From Vicugna vicugna (lineage: Eukaryota), in assembly GCA_013265495.1 (NCBI GenBank), contig MU061814.1, positions 6,079,684 through 6,143,683 on the forward strand: a stretch of DNA of 64,000 bases, in the 5' to 3' direction. The notes beneath the pieces are model-generated. The model was not told where the DNA came from and made no database searches. It worked only from the letters and a program-made list of their open reading frames with translations. A program made the position numbers and the translations under genes. Position 1 is the stretch's first letter. Each line of letters opens with the position of its first letter. Below are positions 24,901 through 37,610 of the stretch, one piece after another.

Positions 24901-24999
24901 NNNNNNNNNNNNNNNNNNNNNNNNNNNNNNNNNNNNNNNNNNNNNNNNNNNNNNNNNNNNNNNNNNNNNNNNNNNNNNNNNNNNNNNNNNNNNNNNNNN
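24901..24999. other. N gap, 99 nt, near the ZBTB46 TSS
   Basis: Run of N in the CpG island. Confidence 1.
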
Positions 25000-27109
25000 A
25001 TTGGCCCGCGCACTGGCCCCGGCCCCCGGCCACCGCCCCGGGCCCCGCCCCGCCGGCCCGGCCGCTGCCCCGCCCCTCGGTCGGCCGGCTCTGCTCCCGG
25101 GGTGGAGGGGGCCGCGGCGGGGGTCGGTTCGCCTCCGCCCCCCCGTGGGCGGCCGGACAGCGGAAGTGCGGGCTAGAGCTCGCTGGGCATTGTGGGAAGC
25201 CCCTCCGCGGGGCTGGCGGGGGGCGGGGGCGGCGCGGCGTGGGGTCTCTGGGCGCCGGTGCCCCTTCCCACGGGGACCCAAGCCCCCGGGAGACCACCCG
25301 ATGGGAGATGCGGGTCGAGGCGAGGGCACCGCAACGCCTGCCTGGACTGCGCACCCTGGCTTGCCCGCGCGGCTGTTCCTCTGGGACGCGAGGGTCCCGG
25401 GACCACAGGCCGTCCCCGCACCCCGACGCGCAGTCGCGCCGCGCGCCTCTCGCAAACTTCGCGCCTTCCCCGCCGGTTATGCAGGCAGCGCGCTGTGCAA
25501 CCAACAAGCGCTCCCACGGCACCCAGGGGCTCGGGGCCGCGCTGTCGAGGGACCTCAGCGCGCCCAGGGAGAAGTGCACCTCGGGGCGCGGGCCACGGGA
25601 TAGTGCCTGACACTGGGGCTTGGGTTTGGCCAACTTAGGAGAACCGGCGGCAGCGCTCGTCGGTCCTTCCCGCTGCGTCGTTTGTCCGCTGTGGGTGAGG
25701 GTTCCCGCGAAGGAGCGGGAAGCCAGCGGCCTGGGCCTTGCCCCGCTTCTCCCGCAAGCGATCTCGAATCCTGCTGCCCGAGATGGGCCCTGCCCGTCCC
25801 TTCTTGCCCTTGCTTCCCTCGAGTCCTCGGGGCGGGCAGAATAGGAAGATGGGAAGCTGGCCCCGCATTCCTGGCTGGCCTGTGCGGGGGCAAAGGCCAC
25901 CTCGCTTCCTCTCCCGGGCGCGACGGTGGGAAGGGAGGTGAGCCTGTGGCTGGCTAGCCGCGCAGGGGAGTCGAGCACGAGCGGGCCATCCAATGGGGAG
26001 GCGCCGCGGACCGTCTGCGCCCTACCTCCCTGCGGGCCCAGCGCCGCGGAATTCCTCGGGAGGTGGGAGGTGGCGGGCATTACGGACGCTTTCTCAGGAT
26101 GTGTGAGGAGGCATTCACTGGGCTGCAGTGGGAGTGCAGGCTAGGGGGGTTGGGGAATTCTCCTTGAGTGAACGAGGGCGGCCGCGGTCTGGCAGCCAGC
26201 GATGAAAGGCTGGGACACTCCCTCACTGCAGCCGGCGCCTGGAAATGGCTGTGCAGACACCCTCACCCTACTCCCTTACCGCTGCCTGGGCCGGCGTCGC
26301 TGGCTCAGGAGCCCCCTCCCAAGCCTTTCCCCTGGAGGACCCTCTCTGTCACACCTCCCTGGTCTGGAACCACAGGCCCCATTCTCCTTGGCCCTGGCAG
26401 GTGGGGCCTGGGCACAGCCACCCTCAGTAGTGGCTGCCTCTAGCCCTCCAGGAGGGTTTGACAGGTCACTCTGTTTTCCCTTGAAGGGGACAGAGGATGC
26501 TCCCTACAGAAGTTCCCCCCACACAGAGACCTAGGCAGACCACTCCTCTGATGGCTACCCTTCCCCCTCAGAGACTGCCCCCGTCTCCCCCAAGGTGGTT
26601 CAACCCCCAGACACTCTCCAAGGAGAACAGCACTGCTAGGAAGCCATGTCCATCGTCTGTGCGAGATCTGCTAAAGACTGCCTTGGTGGAGTACCCAGTG
26701 GTGCTCACTCGTTGCTCATGAGGCCTGCCCATGAGAACATAGTCTTTGTTTCGCTGGTACCAGGGCCCACCCCACCTGCTAGCCTCAGGCTTCTGGTCTT
26801 GGTAGAAAGCCTTGCTGAGGTCTGGGGTGAGTCCCTGGGGCCCTGGGACTCTCTCCACATTCCCCCACCCTGCATGATGATGAATCCAACACCCCCTTCC
26901 CCAGCAGCCCTGCCAGTGACCGGGGACTGAGATGCCCATCTTTTCTGCTCCAAGAACCAACAGAAGGGCAAGCAGCCTGAAGATGAAGCTGATTGACCAG
27001 AAGGGCAGAACCAAGAACCATCTCAGAGAGCCCTGATCAAGCCGAGCCTGAAACTGAAGGCCACCCACCTCCAGAGAGTGATGGTTCTGGGAGCTAATAG
27101 TCCCCTGTC

Positions 27110-27195
27110 AGAAAGAAAGAAAAGGAAGAAGGAAGGAAGAAAGAGAACAGAAGGAAAGAAAAGAGGAAAGAAAGGAGCCAGCAGCAGCAGCAGCT
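27110..27195. repeat. GA-rich low-complexity tract followed by a short CAG run
   Basis: aagaaagaaaaaggaagaaggaaggaagaaag... then ccagcagcagcagcagc. Confidence 0.75.
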
Positions 27196-30100
27196 GTGGC
27201 CTCTCAGCAGAGCCCAGAGAAGAGGAGGATCATGTAGCTGGACTCCCTGGAGCCAGCTCGGTGCGTCTGCTGTGATAGGGAGATGTTGGCTGCACAGACC
27301 CAGGGGCCCCACGTTCATCGGTGCCCAGGATTGGACTCACAGCAGGCAGACACCAGGCTAGGTCAAAAAGCCTCCACTGTTGCTGGGGTCCTCTGGACCC
27401 TGGTGCTGGGACATGCCCTGCACCTCAGCCCTGAGGCCTGGCGCAGACGCCAGGAGGGATCTGCCGCCTGACAACCTTTAGCGGGTCCTTCACTGTCTGT
27501 AGAAGGGTGGCCTCCGTGTGGACAGCTCTGCCCCAGAGGTGGCTCTGGGAATAGGTGAGGACCAACAGTATGGGGTCGGCCTCAGTGATACTCTTTGACC
27601 AGGGCACCCAGTGTCCAGAGCCAGTGAAGCCAGCAGAGGGATGTCTGGGAGGGCCTGGGGAGTAAGGTGCCTGAGATGGCCCATAAACCAGCTGTGGTCC
27701 CTGCCCTCGCTGCGCTGGTGGACAAGATAGGTGAACAACGAATGGTCAGGGTTCTGCGCTGGTCCTTGTGGTGGTGGTGGTTCTGGAATTCACCCCCAGC
27801 CACGTGTGTGAGCATGTCTGAAGCCTGCCCAAGAGGCACCTTGAGGCCATGAGGGGCTGGGGGCCTGGAGAGTGATCTGCCCTGAAGCCAGGACTGGGGA
27901 CTTGGGGGCCAAGGTGCAGAAGCCTTCCAGGTCCACAGAGGCACTTGCTGATGGCCGGCCTTCTGGGCACGCTGCCCCTGCTCCCACTTACAGATGCCTT
28001 GAAGGGCATTCTCAGTTCAGAGAGCTGTGTGGTTAGCAGGGCCCCCCAAAAGTCCTTGCATAGCCCCTGCACCATGTGCTCAGCCAGCCCTCCACCTGCC
28101 CTCCACCCTCACTGTGTGGCTTCAGGGGCAGAGTTGCTGGAGGGGATGCTCTGATACCAAGAGACCAGGGGACCCCCCCCTTCAGGCCCCAGTCTGCTCC
28201 TATGAGGCTGAGCCCAGGAGGAGCTTTGGGAAGAAGATGAGAGGGACAACAAGCATCCCTTTGCATCTTCCTTCCCCGTGTCCCCGTGGGTAACCCCCTT
28301 ATCAGGGCCCTCTCCACCCCGCCTCCTTCCTCCAAGGCCACGTTTCCCCATCTACCCCAGCGGGTTCTCCAGGGCTGTCTTCCTGGCAATCACTGGTCAG
28401 GAGACCTGCCTGTTTATCCTCCAGCCAGTGGTGTTGCTCAGCCGTCCCCATAGCAACAGCCCTGGGAGTCCTGCCCCTCCCAGGAAACTGCCCAGAACCT
28501 GTCCCTGCCCTTTCCAAGCCCCTGCTGGAAGCACCGGGAGGGAGAGAGGCCGAGGGCAGGGCGGGAGATCCAGGCCTGAGGATGTCTGGGCTGCGCAGCA
28601 AGAACTGACCTCTGCTTGTCACCCTGGGCTCTGCGGATGGACCAGAGGCCACCCCGGGCTGCAGCAGAGCCCCACCCAAGGGCTGGGGGGCCGCCTCCCT
28701 GAGACTAGAGCCAGGCAGGACCTCCTCCCAGGCCTGGCTTGGCCACGTCCGGTGCCAGCTGGCCCTGCCCTCCTGCTGGGCCTCCCCGAGACCTCCCTCC
28801 AGAGCCAGAGGCTACCTGCCAACCCCACGGCTGCCCCACCCCAACTGTCCTCCGGGCCTGCACCCCTGCCAAGCCCCACTGCCGCTCCAGCTGCCACCGC
28901 CAACTGTCGCCCCGTTCCATTCCAAGTGCTCACCCCCAACCGTCCTTCCAAAATGCCACTGCCAACTGCCAGCCCCCTTCCTTCCTGAGCCCCAGCTCCC
29001 AGCTGCACCCCCTAAACCCTGCACCAGGGCTCTGCATTCCAGACCATCTCTCCAGAAGAGAGGCTGTGCCACACCTGCCATGTGCCCGGGAAGGGCTGGT
29101 GTCAGAGGGCAGGGCAGAAGGCTGGAGGAGGAGCCGGGGGCTGAGGGCTTGGAGGATGGGGCAGAAGCCGGGGAGGAAGCAGAGGGCAGAGCCACCGTCC
29201 TGCCAGCTGCAAGGCCAGGCCGCCAGCGCAGGGTGGGGAGGGAGGCCAGGTCCAGCCTAGGCAGGCCCGGGTTGAGGGGCTGTGGGCGGAGCTGGAGCCT
29301 GTTCCTGGGGCTCTGTGAACAGCTTGGCCTGACCACCTACCTTGGCCTGTCCTGGCCACTTTGCCACACTCCCCACCAGGCCTCTCTTGGGGCCACCAGC
29401 TTTCCCCAGCCCCAGGCAGGCTAGCCCTCGGGCCTCCACTGTCTGAGGCCAGTCTAAGCTCAGAGGGTGGCACGGGGCTCCCTCACTGGGCCAGCCAGTT
29501 CCTTTATCTTCTCACCCTGCAGTGAGAAGGGTCCTCTGGTGGTCCCAGACTTCGCCTTGCCACCCCCTCTTCCTTCCTGAATCCCCCTTTCCCTGTTTAT
29601 CCTGTGGTCCTTGTGGAGGCTTCATCTGAAGATGCTCCCGTCCTCCCCGCCCCCACCCCGCATCTGGTCTCCACAGCCTCGGCTTCCCCTGAGCGCACAG
29701 CAGGCACCCTATCCAACTGGCACCTCATCTGGCCCTGGGAGGAAAGGGGAGCCAGGGCCCGGCTGAGCCAGGAGGCAATACTGCCTGCCACAGGTGTGGG
29801 CCTAGGGCTGTAATTCCATCTCAGGCGGGCTCTGGAAACTGGGAGGCCACAGGGGACCAGGCAGTCAGCACTGGAGCAGGGCAGGGGGGCCGGGGGCCGG
29901 GGGCCTCCGTCCCCGCTGGGGGAGTGCAGCTGCTCCCCAGGGCCACGGCTACCACAGCTCGCGTTGCAGGAGCTGGTGATTGCTGCAGATAGTCACAGCA
30001 GGGAAGGGGACACCGGGCTCTCCCCAGCATCCTGCGAGGTCAGGATGCGAATGCGTGCACTGGAGGCTATGTCACCAGAGCCTGATCGAGCACCGTCCTG

Positions 30101-30989
30101 GGAGGAAAGGGGGACGGGCACGTTCCCTGAGCCCCTCCTCTGTGCAGGAGTCTCCCAACGTGGCATGGCCCGATGGGGCAGGGCTTGCCCAGGGTCACCT
30201 GGCCCACTTATTGTGCTAGGGGATGGGAGGAGGAGGAGGAAACGGAGGTGATGGGGGGGCTCTGTCCTGCAAGGTCCAGGCCCTGCCCCCACCAGAGGAG
30301 GGTTTTCAGGGTCCCCTAGGCGGGCTTGGAGGGGCCTGGGCCCTGTAACCCTGCCTGCTGCCTTGACTCAGCCATGTACCATCCGCTCGCTCACCCCACA
30401 GCTCTCATGGAGCATATGGAACCTGCCACATGCCGGGATGGCCTAAGTCTGGAAAGCAAGACAAAATTCCTCACATTCTGGGACAGAGCCAGCGATGAAC
30501 AGGTCAGCCAGGAGACCAACTAGAGCCTCCCGATGGCAAAATGGACCCGAGAAGATGGCTCCACAGAGAAAGGACTGACACCAGGGCCAAGGCAGGGAAG
30601 ACACAGGGCAAGTGTGTAGCAGTGCTGGTGGAATGGGGCAGGACACAGGACACGGGAGCTGATGGCCAGAGCTGGGACCACCTGAGCATCACAGTAACAT
30701 TATGCTGGATGTCACACAAAGTATGAAGCTGTCCCCACGAGGGCGTGCCGACATGAATGCCCAACAGGAGGACTCCAAGGGGCACCCTCCAGGAGGTGGA
30801 GGGGAACCCCACACACATCCTGAGGGTGGGCACCCCTGAATAAGAAAGCGAAAAGGGAAAGGGAGGGGCTTTACCATGGAGGAAACTGGCAGGCAGCACC
30901 CTCTCCGGTGACCAAGTGAGCGTCACCAGGGATGTCACGGGACGTCAGTCCCCTGGTGGGATGTGACGGATGAGAAGGGCACCTCTCCT

Positions 30990-31290
30990 CTGCTTGTTCT
31001 TCCCCAAATTCATGACCCAGGTCTAATCGTGAGAAAACACATCAGAGAAACCCAGACGGAGGGACATTCTGCAAACACCTGACCGGTTCCCCTCAAAACT
31101 GCTGAGGCCATGAAACAAGGGACATCTGAGAAACGGTCCCAGCCCAGGAGTCTGAGGAGACGGGCCAACTCTGCAATGGGGTGCCCCAGGTTGGGTCCTG
31201 GAGTGGGAGAGGGACACGGGTGGAAAAACTGGTGAAATCCAAACAGGGTCTGGGCTGCACTTGAGAAAGCTGCCTTGGTGATGCTCACTG
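30990..31290 (+). mobile_element. Old L1M LINE 3' UTR relic
   Basis: TCTAATCGTGAGAAAACACATCAGAGAAACCCAGACGGAGGGACATTCTGCAAA...CTCAAAACTG resembles L1MB/L1MC 3' ends. Confidence 0.55.
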
Positions 31291-34200
31291 ATAACTTAGG
31301 GGGGCCTGAGCTGAGTGAGGGGCACACAGGGGCTCTCAGGACTTCCAAGTGTCCCCACCTCTCCAGATACCTAAAACCCTTCCAAAATAAAAGGACCCAA
31401 CCAACCAGTGGAACAAACCTCCTCCCTCCGGACAAGGGCTCGGTCCTCGTTCTCACTTCCGAAGGTGGCCTCAGGCACTCCCCTCTCCTGCTCACTGAGG
31501 TATCCAGTGTGTCCTAGGCAGGGGCCAGGGCAGAGCCCCACCCTCAGAACGCTTGGGCCCTGGGGGGTCCGACAAGCCGTGCCTGGAGGGCCACCCTGGT
31601 CCTGGCTTCAGCTTGGTCTCCTTCTCCAGCCAGCCTCAATCTCAGACCCCTACTAGTCCACCAGCACTCTCCTCACCTCAGCTGAGGGTGGGGACACTAG
31701 GGTCCATTCTCTGGGACCCATTCTTCAGGTCCCCACTAAGATGGAGCAAGATGACCTCCACCCCTGCCCAGGTGAGGTCAGCCTCTAATGGACCCTCCCC
31801 CATCCCCACACAGCTCGATAGTGAAGCCAGCCCCACCCCAGCTGGTGACGCTCCTTCCTGGGAGGCCCCACACAGCTCAGCCTGCAGGTCAGCCCAGCCT
31901 GGGGGAGAGGGAGCATCCGAGACTAAGCAGAATAAGCCTCTCCAGCCACTGCTGGTGCCTGGGGCACCCCCGGACCACTCAGCCTGCTCAGATGGCCTCT
32001 GCCCCGTCCCTTACCACCCCCGCCCCCAGACGCATACCTGCTTTGGAAGAGAGAGACTGCTGGTGAGGGGGCACCATGCCCACCCTCAACTTCACCCAAC
32101 ACCAGCTTCACAGGCGGGGCCTAGACGCAGCAGCTCTTCCCGCCCCAGGGCCTTTGCACCTGCTGATCCCTCAACCTGGAAAGCCTTTCCTGCTCCTACC
32201 ACCTGGTGGTTCTCAGCCACCCCTGAGGACTCACTCCCAACCCTGACCGCCCTGCTGCCAAGACAGCTGCCCATGCTTGCTCGGGGAGGGGGCCCACCCA
32301 GATGGGGCCCTGCTTTGGCCTAATGCCTGCCCCTCTGGAGGGTCCTTCACCCTCTCCCTGTGCTCCACGAAGGCGGGGCCACGTCAGACTCCCTTTTGTG
32401 TCCTGAGTCCTGAGGGCCCAGCCTGGACAGAACTGGGACCACCCCCTGATGTGTGATTTCAGATGGGTCACTTGCTTCCCTGAGCCGCAGTCTGCACCTG
32501 AAGAACCTACCTGACCAGCAAAGTGAACAAAAAACCAGCCCCAGAAGAAGCTACCTTTCTCATCAGCACCGTTACTTAACAGTCACCAGGGCGAAGCAGC
32601 TACGATCAAGGGGCCCCGCCAGCGGGGCTGCTGAAGCCAGCTCCTTGGGTGTCCCATGGGCCCTCCTTCCTCTGGGGTCTGGGCTGAGTTGTCCCAGGGT
32701 GCGGCTAGGAGCCGCAGGCAGAGCTGGCAGACTCTGGGAAGGGGCTGTGTTGGAGGAAAGGTCTCTGCATGCTGGGGAGCTGGGCAGCTTCTCATGGTCG
32801 CCTGGTCCAGTATGAGAGAGAGCTGGGGGCAGGTATCCCTCCACTGGGCCCTCACCCCTACACACGCAGGATACATTCAGAGGGAAAACTCTGGGGAGGG
32901 CTCTGGAGGGGGCTTGGGGCCTTGGCCGAGGCCTTGAAAGAAGGGGATGCCCCTGCCTGGAGTGGAGCTGCTGGAAGGAGCCGGAAGGAGCAGCCATCCC
33001 ACCTGGTTTGAATGCCACAGCCCCAGAGCTGGCCGGGGTCCGGGCACCTCAGAGCCCCTCTCCCTGTAGTCACGCGGGAGGCTCTGTCGTGCAGGAGTGG
33101 TCTTGCTGCCACGGGCTGCGTGGGGCTCCAGTCCCTCCTCCCACTGGGGGTCCCGGTGCCGGGGTGGTTTACAAAACCAGAGCCTGGAGGCCTTATCAGA
33201 CCACAGGTTTTCCTGAGGAAGGAAGGGTGGGTGTGGGCCTCCGGGATGGGGCGCCTCCTCTGGGCGCGCCGGGCCTGGCCGAGGGCACATGGGCGCTGCC
33301 CTCCCGGGGGGGAGGATAGCCTCTCCCTTGGACACCCTACCCTAAGCCCTAGCCCCGCCAAGGACAATCACAAGGAGGGAGAGGCCCAGGCCAGGGCTCG
33401 AGTTTCAGGAACTCTAGGTGCACACGGGAAATTACAGGCAGATTCTAGCCTTTCTGGGAGTGTGCGCAGTGCCCCCGTCAGATTCTCGGAGGGGCCATTC
33501 ACCCCGCAGCTCCACTCCTGGGGGGCCCAGTGGAAATATGGACTCACCAAAAACCATGTACCAGAGCATCCAAAGCCACCCTCTTTGTACTAACCCCAAA
33601 GTGGAAAAACCCAAACGCCTACCAGTGCCAGGGCATGAAGTGAGGTGCAGCCTGTTACACAGGGGACACTGGGCAGCCGTGAGGATGGCCCCCTGTGACT
33701 CCCAGCACCACTGCAGACTCGCTCCCATGACAGGCCACCTTCAGAGACAGGTGGGATGGCGGGCCGACGGGATCCAACGTGACGGCCTTTGGAACGTGGG
33801 CCCAAGGGGCCTCTGGGCCGTGTCCTGTCCTCTTGTTCCAGCTGCAGTGACAAGACGCACTCAGTTTATGGAAATTCATGAAATACACACTCAAGGTATG
33901 TGCACTTCTCAGTTTGCAAGTGGTTCTTCAATAAGAAGCCATATAAAACCGCTAGATCCTCCACTGACCCCTCCCTGAGGAAAGATGGTTCCCCAGGTTA
34001 TCTATCCTCGCCCCTCCAGCCCCGTGTGACTCCCTGCCTGGGGCCTCCAGGGAAGGCCCCGGGACCCTTTGCTGGGGGGCAGGGAGGGCAGCAGACGGGA
34101 TGGCAGCCCTGGGGGATGTGCTGGTGGAGGCCCTGGGGCCCCTCCCACTCTGGGGACTGAGACTCGGGCCAGGCTGACTGCCCAGGGCCTTCTCTGTCTT

Positions 34201-35650
34201 TCTCAAGAGTCAGGCCCAGAGGAGCCAGGCAGGGTGGGGGTCCCTGAAGCCTCACAGGTGGGGCCAAACGGATATGGGGTCCGCCCTGCTGGAGCCGGGC
34301 TGGCTGGCCTTGGAGCGCTGGCAAGGGCCTGGGGGACAGCCCGCTGCCTGCTGGGCTGGGGGTGTCTCCCTCCTCCTCCTCCCTCCCCTGCAGGGGCCTC
34401 TACCCCTTCCGCTGCCAGAGGCTGGGGGCTATTTTTAACTCACTGAGCTGCTCCTGCTGAAGGTGGACAGAGCCCTGGGAGGAAGGAGGGCAAGAGAGAA
34501 GGCCTGACAGCTGCCTTCCTGCCCCCACCTCTCCCGGGGTCCCGGCTTTCTCGGGGGACTGGCCATTCTTGATCTTAGAGAGGAACCAGCACACCACCCC
34601 ACAAATATATACATACATGAAGGCCATACAGATACCCCAAGATTCAACCACACGCCTGGGAGTCAGACTCACACGCACGCACACACACACATACATGCAT
34701 GTCCCGGGACCTTCTTAGAAACATACCAGATGCACTGAGACCTGGGAGACAAACCCAGACTCACAGCGATGGCCAGTCAGCCCCATCCCACCTGGACACA
34801 TGAACACAAGCACGCTGTAGGGCAGAGAGGACCCCGGGGCACACGCATAGATCGTGTGGGGGAGGGGCATGCAGGTGGGGGCACTCGGCCCCTCTGCCCC
34901 TGCCGCCAAGTTCCAGCCCAGTTTCCCTGCAGCCTGCTGGGGCCTGAGCTCCTGGAGGCTCTCAGCACCTTCCCTCTAGAGATTCCCCACCGTGGCCTCA
35001 CTCGCCCCCAGATGAGGGGCAGGATTGTGGCAGGAGCCGCCTAGCTTCGCCCCCACATTCCACCCACGCTTTTTCAGGACCGGAAACCGGAGAGAGGGAT
35101 GGGGGAGGCGGCCCACGGAGCTGTAGCCTCAGAGCACGCTCAGCCCCTTCCCTTCCCTTGCCCTGCTCCCCACTTCCCCTCTCCTCCCCCGCCTTTGTTC
35201 CCTGGAGCAGCTCCTCACCACCCCAGCAAGGAACTGGAGTCTGTCCTGGGAAAGCCCAGGTGCTGGGCTGGGGCCTCTGTCTCCTGCATCTGGGTCTAGG
35301 GGGAGGAGGGAGCTGAGAGTGACAGATGGGGCTCAGACCCATGGGGCGGGGGCGGGCCGGCAGGCTTCCAACTCCTCTCCACCCCACACCCCCACCTCTG
35401 CCCCTGGAGGCCCCGGAGGGATGGAGGAGGGCGGAGAGCCGGCCTGGAGGACAGGACATCCTCTTGGCAGGACACAGGACGCCAGGCCGGAGGTTCCCAG
35501 CCCCAGTCAAGGCCACAGGGGGGAAAAGGTCACTGGGGCCTGGGGCTCACCAGCTCCAAAATGGGCTGGTGCACTGGTAGCTGGTCCAAGCTGCTTCAAG
35601 CAGTGACTTCGGAGAGGACAGCGGAGCCAGCCCCGATGAAACACCCCAGT

Positions 35651-35773
35651 CCCTGACCCCCTCCACCCCACATGGCACCAGCCCCAGGGCCCCCCTCTCA
35701 GGGAGTTCCACACCCTGACCCCCTCCACCCCACATGGCACCAGGCCCGGGGCCCCCTCTTGGGGAGCTCCACA
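35651..35773. repeat. Two-copy tandem duplication, ~62-bp unit
   Basis: CCCTGACCCCCTCCACCCCACATGGCACCAG starts at both 35651 and 35713. Confidence 0.9.
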
Positions 35774-36376
35774 GAGCACGGGGACCAGCAGGCTGGGGGG
35801 TCACTGTCACTTGCACCATGGGGAGCCACCAGCCCACAGGTTTGCCTTCACCTCCCCACTCGGGAGCCCCCTCCCCCAGGTGACTCCGGGGGCCACTGCC
35901 CTAGAGAACAGACCTCAGACTGGCCCTGGCGTGCCCTTGCCCAGGACTGGACGCCTAGGGGCAGTCCCTCTGGGTCAAAGGCTTCGGGGACCCCTTGCTC
36001 CTGCACGTCTTCCTGCAGCGGGCAGCAGCAGAGCCTGGCCTTTCCTGAGCTGGCACTGTCGGCCCAGACTGGCTGGGAGTTTTGCTCACTGGCCTGGGAG
36101 GTGAGGCTCCCAAGAGGTCACCACATCCAAGCTGCCCGATCTAGGGTGCCCCCTGGGCTGTGCCTGTTGCCGTGGTGAGCCCAGACCAGTGCACTCTGCC
36201 TGCTGGGGAGGTCGGGCCTGTCCCACCCCTCCTCCCACACCAGTCTCCTGGCTTCACCCTGACGCCCAGCACTAGTGCTGACTGGTCATCCAGCGGAGCT
36301 TCTACCAGTCTGTCCTGGTTACCTGAGTGGGAGACAATGTCTCATCTAAAAACAGTCTACAGGGATGAGCTTCCTC

Positions 36377-36805
36377 AACCCTCCTGCACTGCTGGTGGGA
36401 GTACAGATTGGCACAGCCACTGTGGAGGACAGTATGGGGGTTCCTTAAAAAACTAAAACTAGACTTACCATGTGATCCAGCAATCCCACTCCTGGGCATA
36501 TAGCCGGAGAAAAATAAAATTCAAAAAGACCCCAATGTTCACAGCAGCACTATTTACAATAGCCAAAACATGGAAACAGCCCAAATGTCTGTCAAGAGAT
36601 GACTGGATAAGAAGCTGTGATACGTATACATAGTGAAATACTACTCAGCCATAAAAAAGAATAAAATAATGCCATTTGCAGCAACATGGATGGACCTGGA
36701 GGTCATCATTCTAAGTGAAGTAAGCCCGAAAGAGAAAGAAAATTGCCATATTATATCACTTACATGTGGCACCTTTAAAAAAAGGACACAAGTGAACTAT
36801 TTATT
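36377..36805 (+). mobile_element. L1 fragment (ORF2 3' end and 3' UTR)
   Basis: GATCCAGCAATCCCACTCCTGGGCATATA; CAATGTTCACAGCAGCACTATTTACAATAGCCAAAACATGGAAACAGCCCAAATGTC; ATGCCATTTGCAGCAACATGGATGGACCTGGAG. Confidence 0.93.
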
Positions 36806-36935
36806 ATTTATAGCTTAGATGAGTGATTTCTTGAATGTGTGTGAGCACGTTTGACTGTCCTTTATGACTGGATTACTGTATTCCGTTGATTTTTATTTTG
36901 CGTTTGGCTGTATTCCTTTGATACTATGTAAGTTT

Positions 36936-37078
36936 GGGGGAGGGTCTAGCTCAGGGGTAGAGTGCGTGCTTAACATGCATGAGGTCCTGGGTTCAAGCTC
37001 CAATCCCTCCTCTAAAAATAAATAAATAAACCTAATTACCCACCCCACCCCCAAAAAAGTTTATTAAAAAAAAAAGAA
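36936..37078 (+). mobile_element. tRNA-derived SINE
   Basis: GGGGGAGGGTCTAGCTCAGGGGTAGAGTGCGTGC...GAGGTCCTGGGTTCAA, (TAAA)n, CCTAATTACC and an A tail. Confidence 0.92.
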
Positions 37079-37464
37079 GCTAAAGCTCTAAACTGTTCTG
37101 AGAAACAATGATCAGTACAATATGTAAACTAAAAAAATACGTGCAGTATATTGTGCATATGTATTTACATGCAATATATCGTATATGTGCAGTTAAATTG
37201 TAACAATAAAACTGAAAAGTGAGAATAACAAAAAACAAACAAAAAAGAAATGAGTTTTCTCAACACACAGCTCGAGTCTGCATCTGCCTCTATTTACCTG
37301 AGTTAAAATCACCAAAGGGGCTTTAAGCATGGAGTTGCCACGTGACCCAAGAGAAATGACACCTCTGCCGAGAAGCCAGCACCAAAACCCAGCTCTGTCT
37401 CCTTCCCCATCACCTTCCCTCCTTCCGTTTTCCTTGGTTCCACTCACACTCTTTATCTCTTTTT

Positions 37465-37610
37465 AAAAACTAGCCTTTATTAGAGTACATTTTTTTTGCT
37501 TTTTTGGGGGGGAGGTATTAGAGTATAATTTACATACGATGATATTCACCAATTTTAAGCAATTTGATGAGCCTTGACAAGCCTGTAATCATGTAACCAC
37601 CCCACTAGCG
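37465..37610 (-). mobile_element. L1M 3' end relic interrupted by a 28-nt SINE-tail insertion
   Basis: TATAATTTACATACGATGATATTCACCAATTTTAAG...TCATGTAACCACC; TATTAGAGTA is duplicated at 37478-37487 and 37516-37525. Confidence 0.65.

Larger units (their letters stand above)
23880..26130. promoter_or_regulatory. CpG island / ZBTB46 promoter
   Basis: Very dense CpG and GC boxes; ETS-type CGGAAGTG at 25161-25168; ATTGG at 25000-25004; contains exon 1. Confidence 0.9.

Noticed and set aside
24386-26080. 564-aa minus-strand ORF and other long ORFs over the ZBTB46 CpG island
   Set aside because: Arg/Pro/Gly/Ala-rich translations expected from stop-poor DNA above 75% GC; no domain similarity; they cross N gaps.
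36633-36818. ORF MKYYSAIKKNKIMPFAATWMDLEVIILSEV
   Set aside because: Translation of a truncated L1 fragment, not a host gene.
22131-37078. tRNA-Ala-like sequences as tRNA genes
   Set aside because: They have degenerate stems and are followed by the shared (TAAA)n and A-rich SINE tail; at least six dispersed copies.
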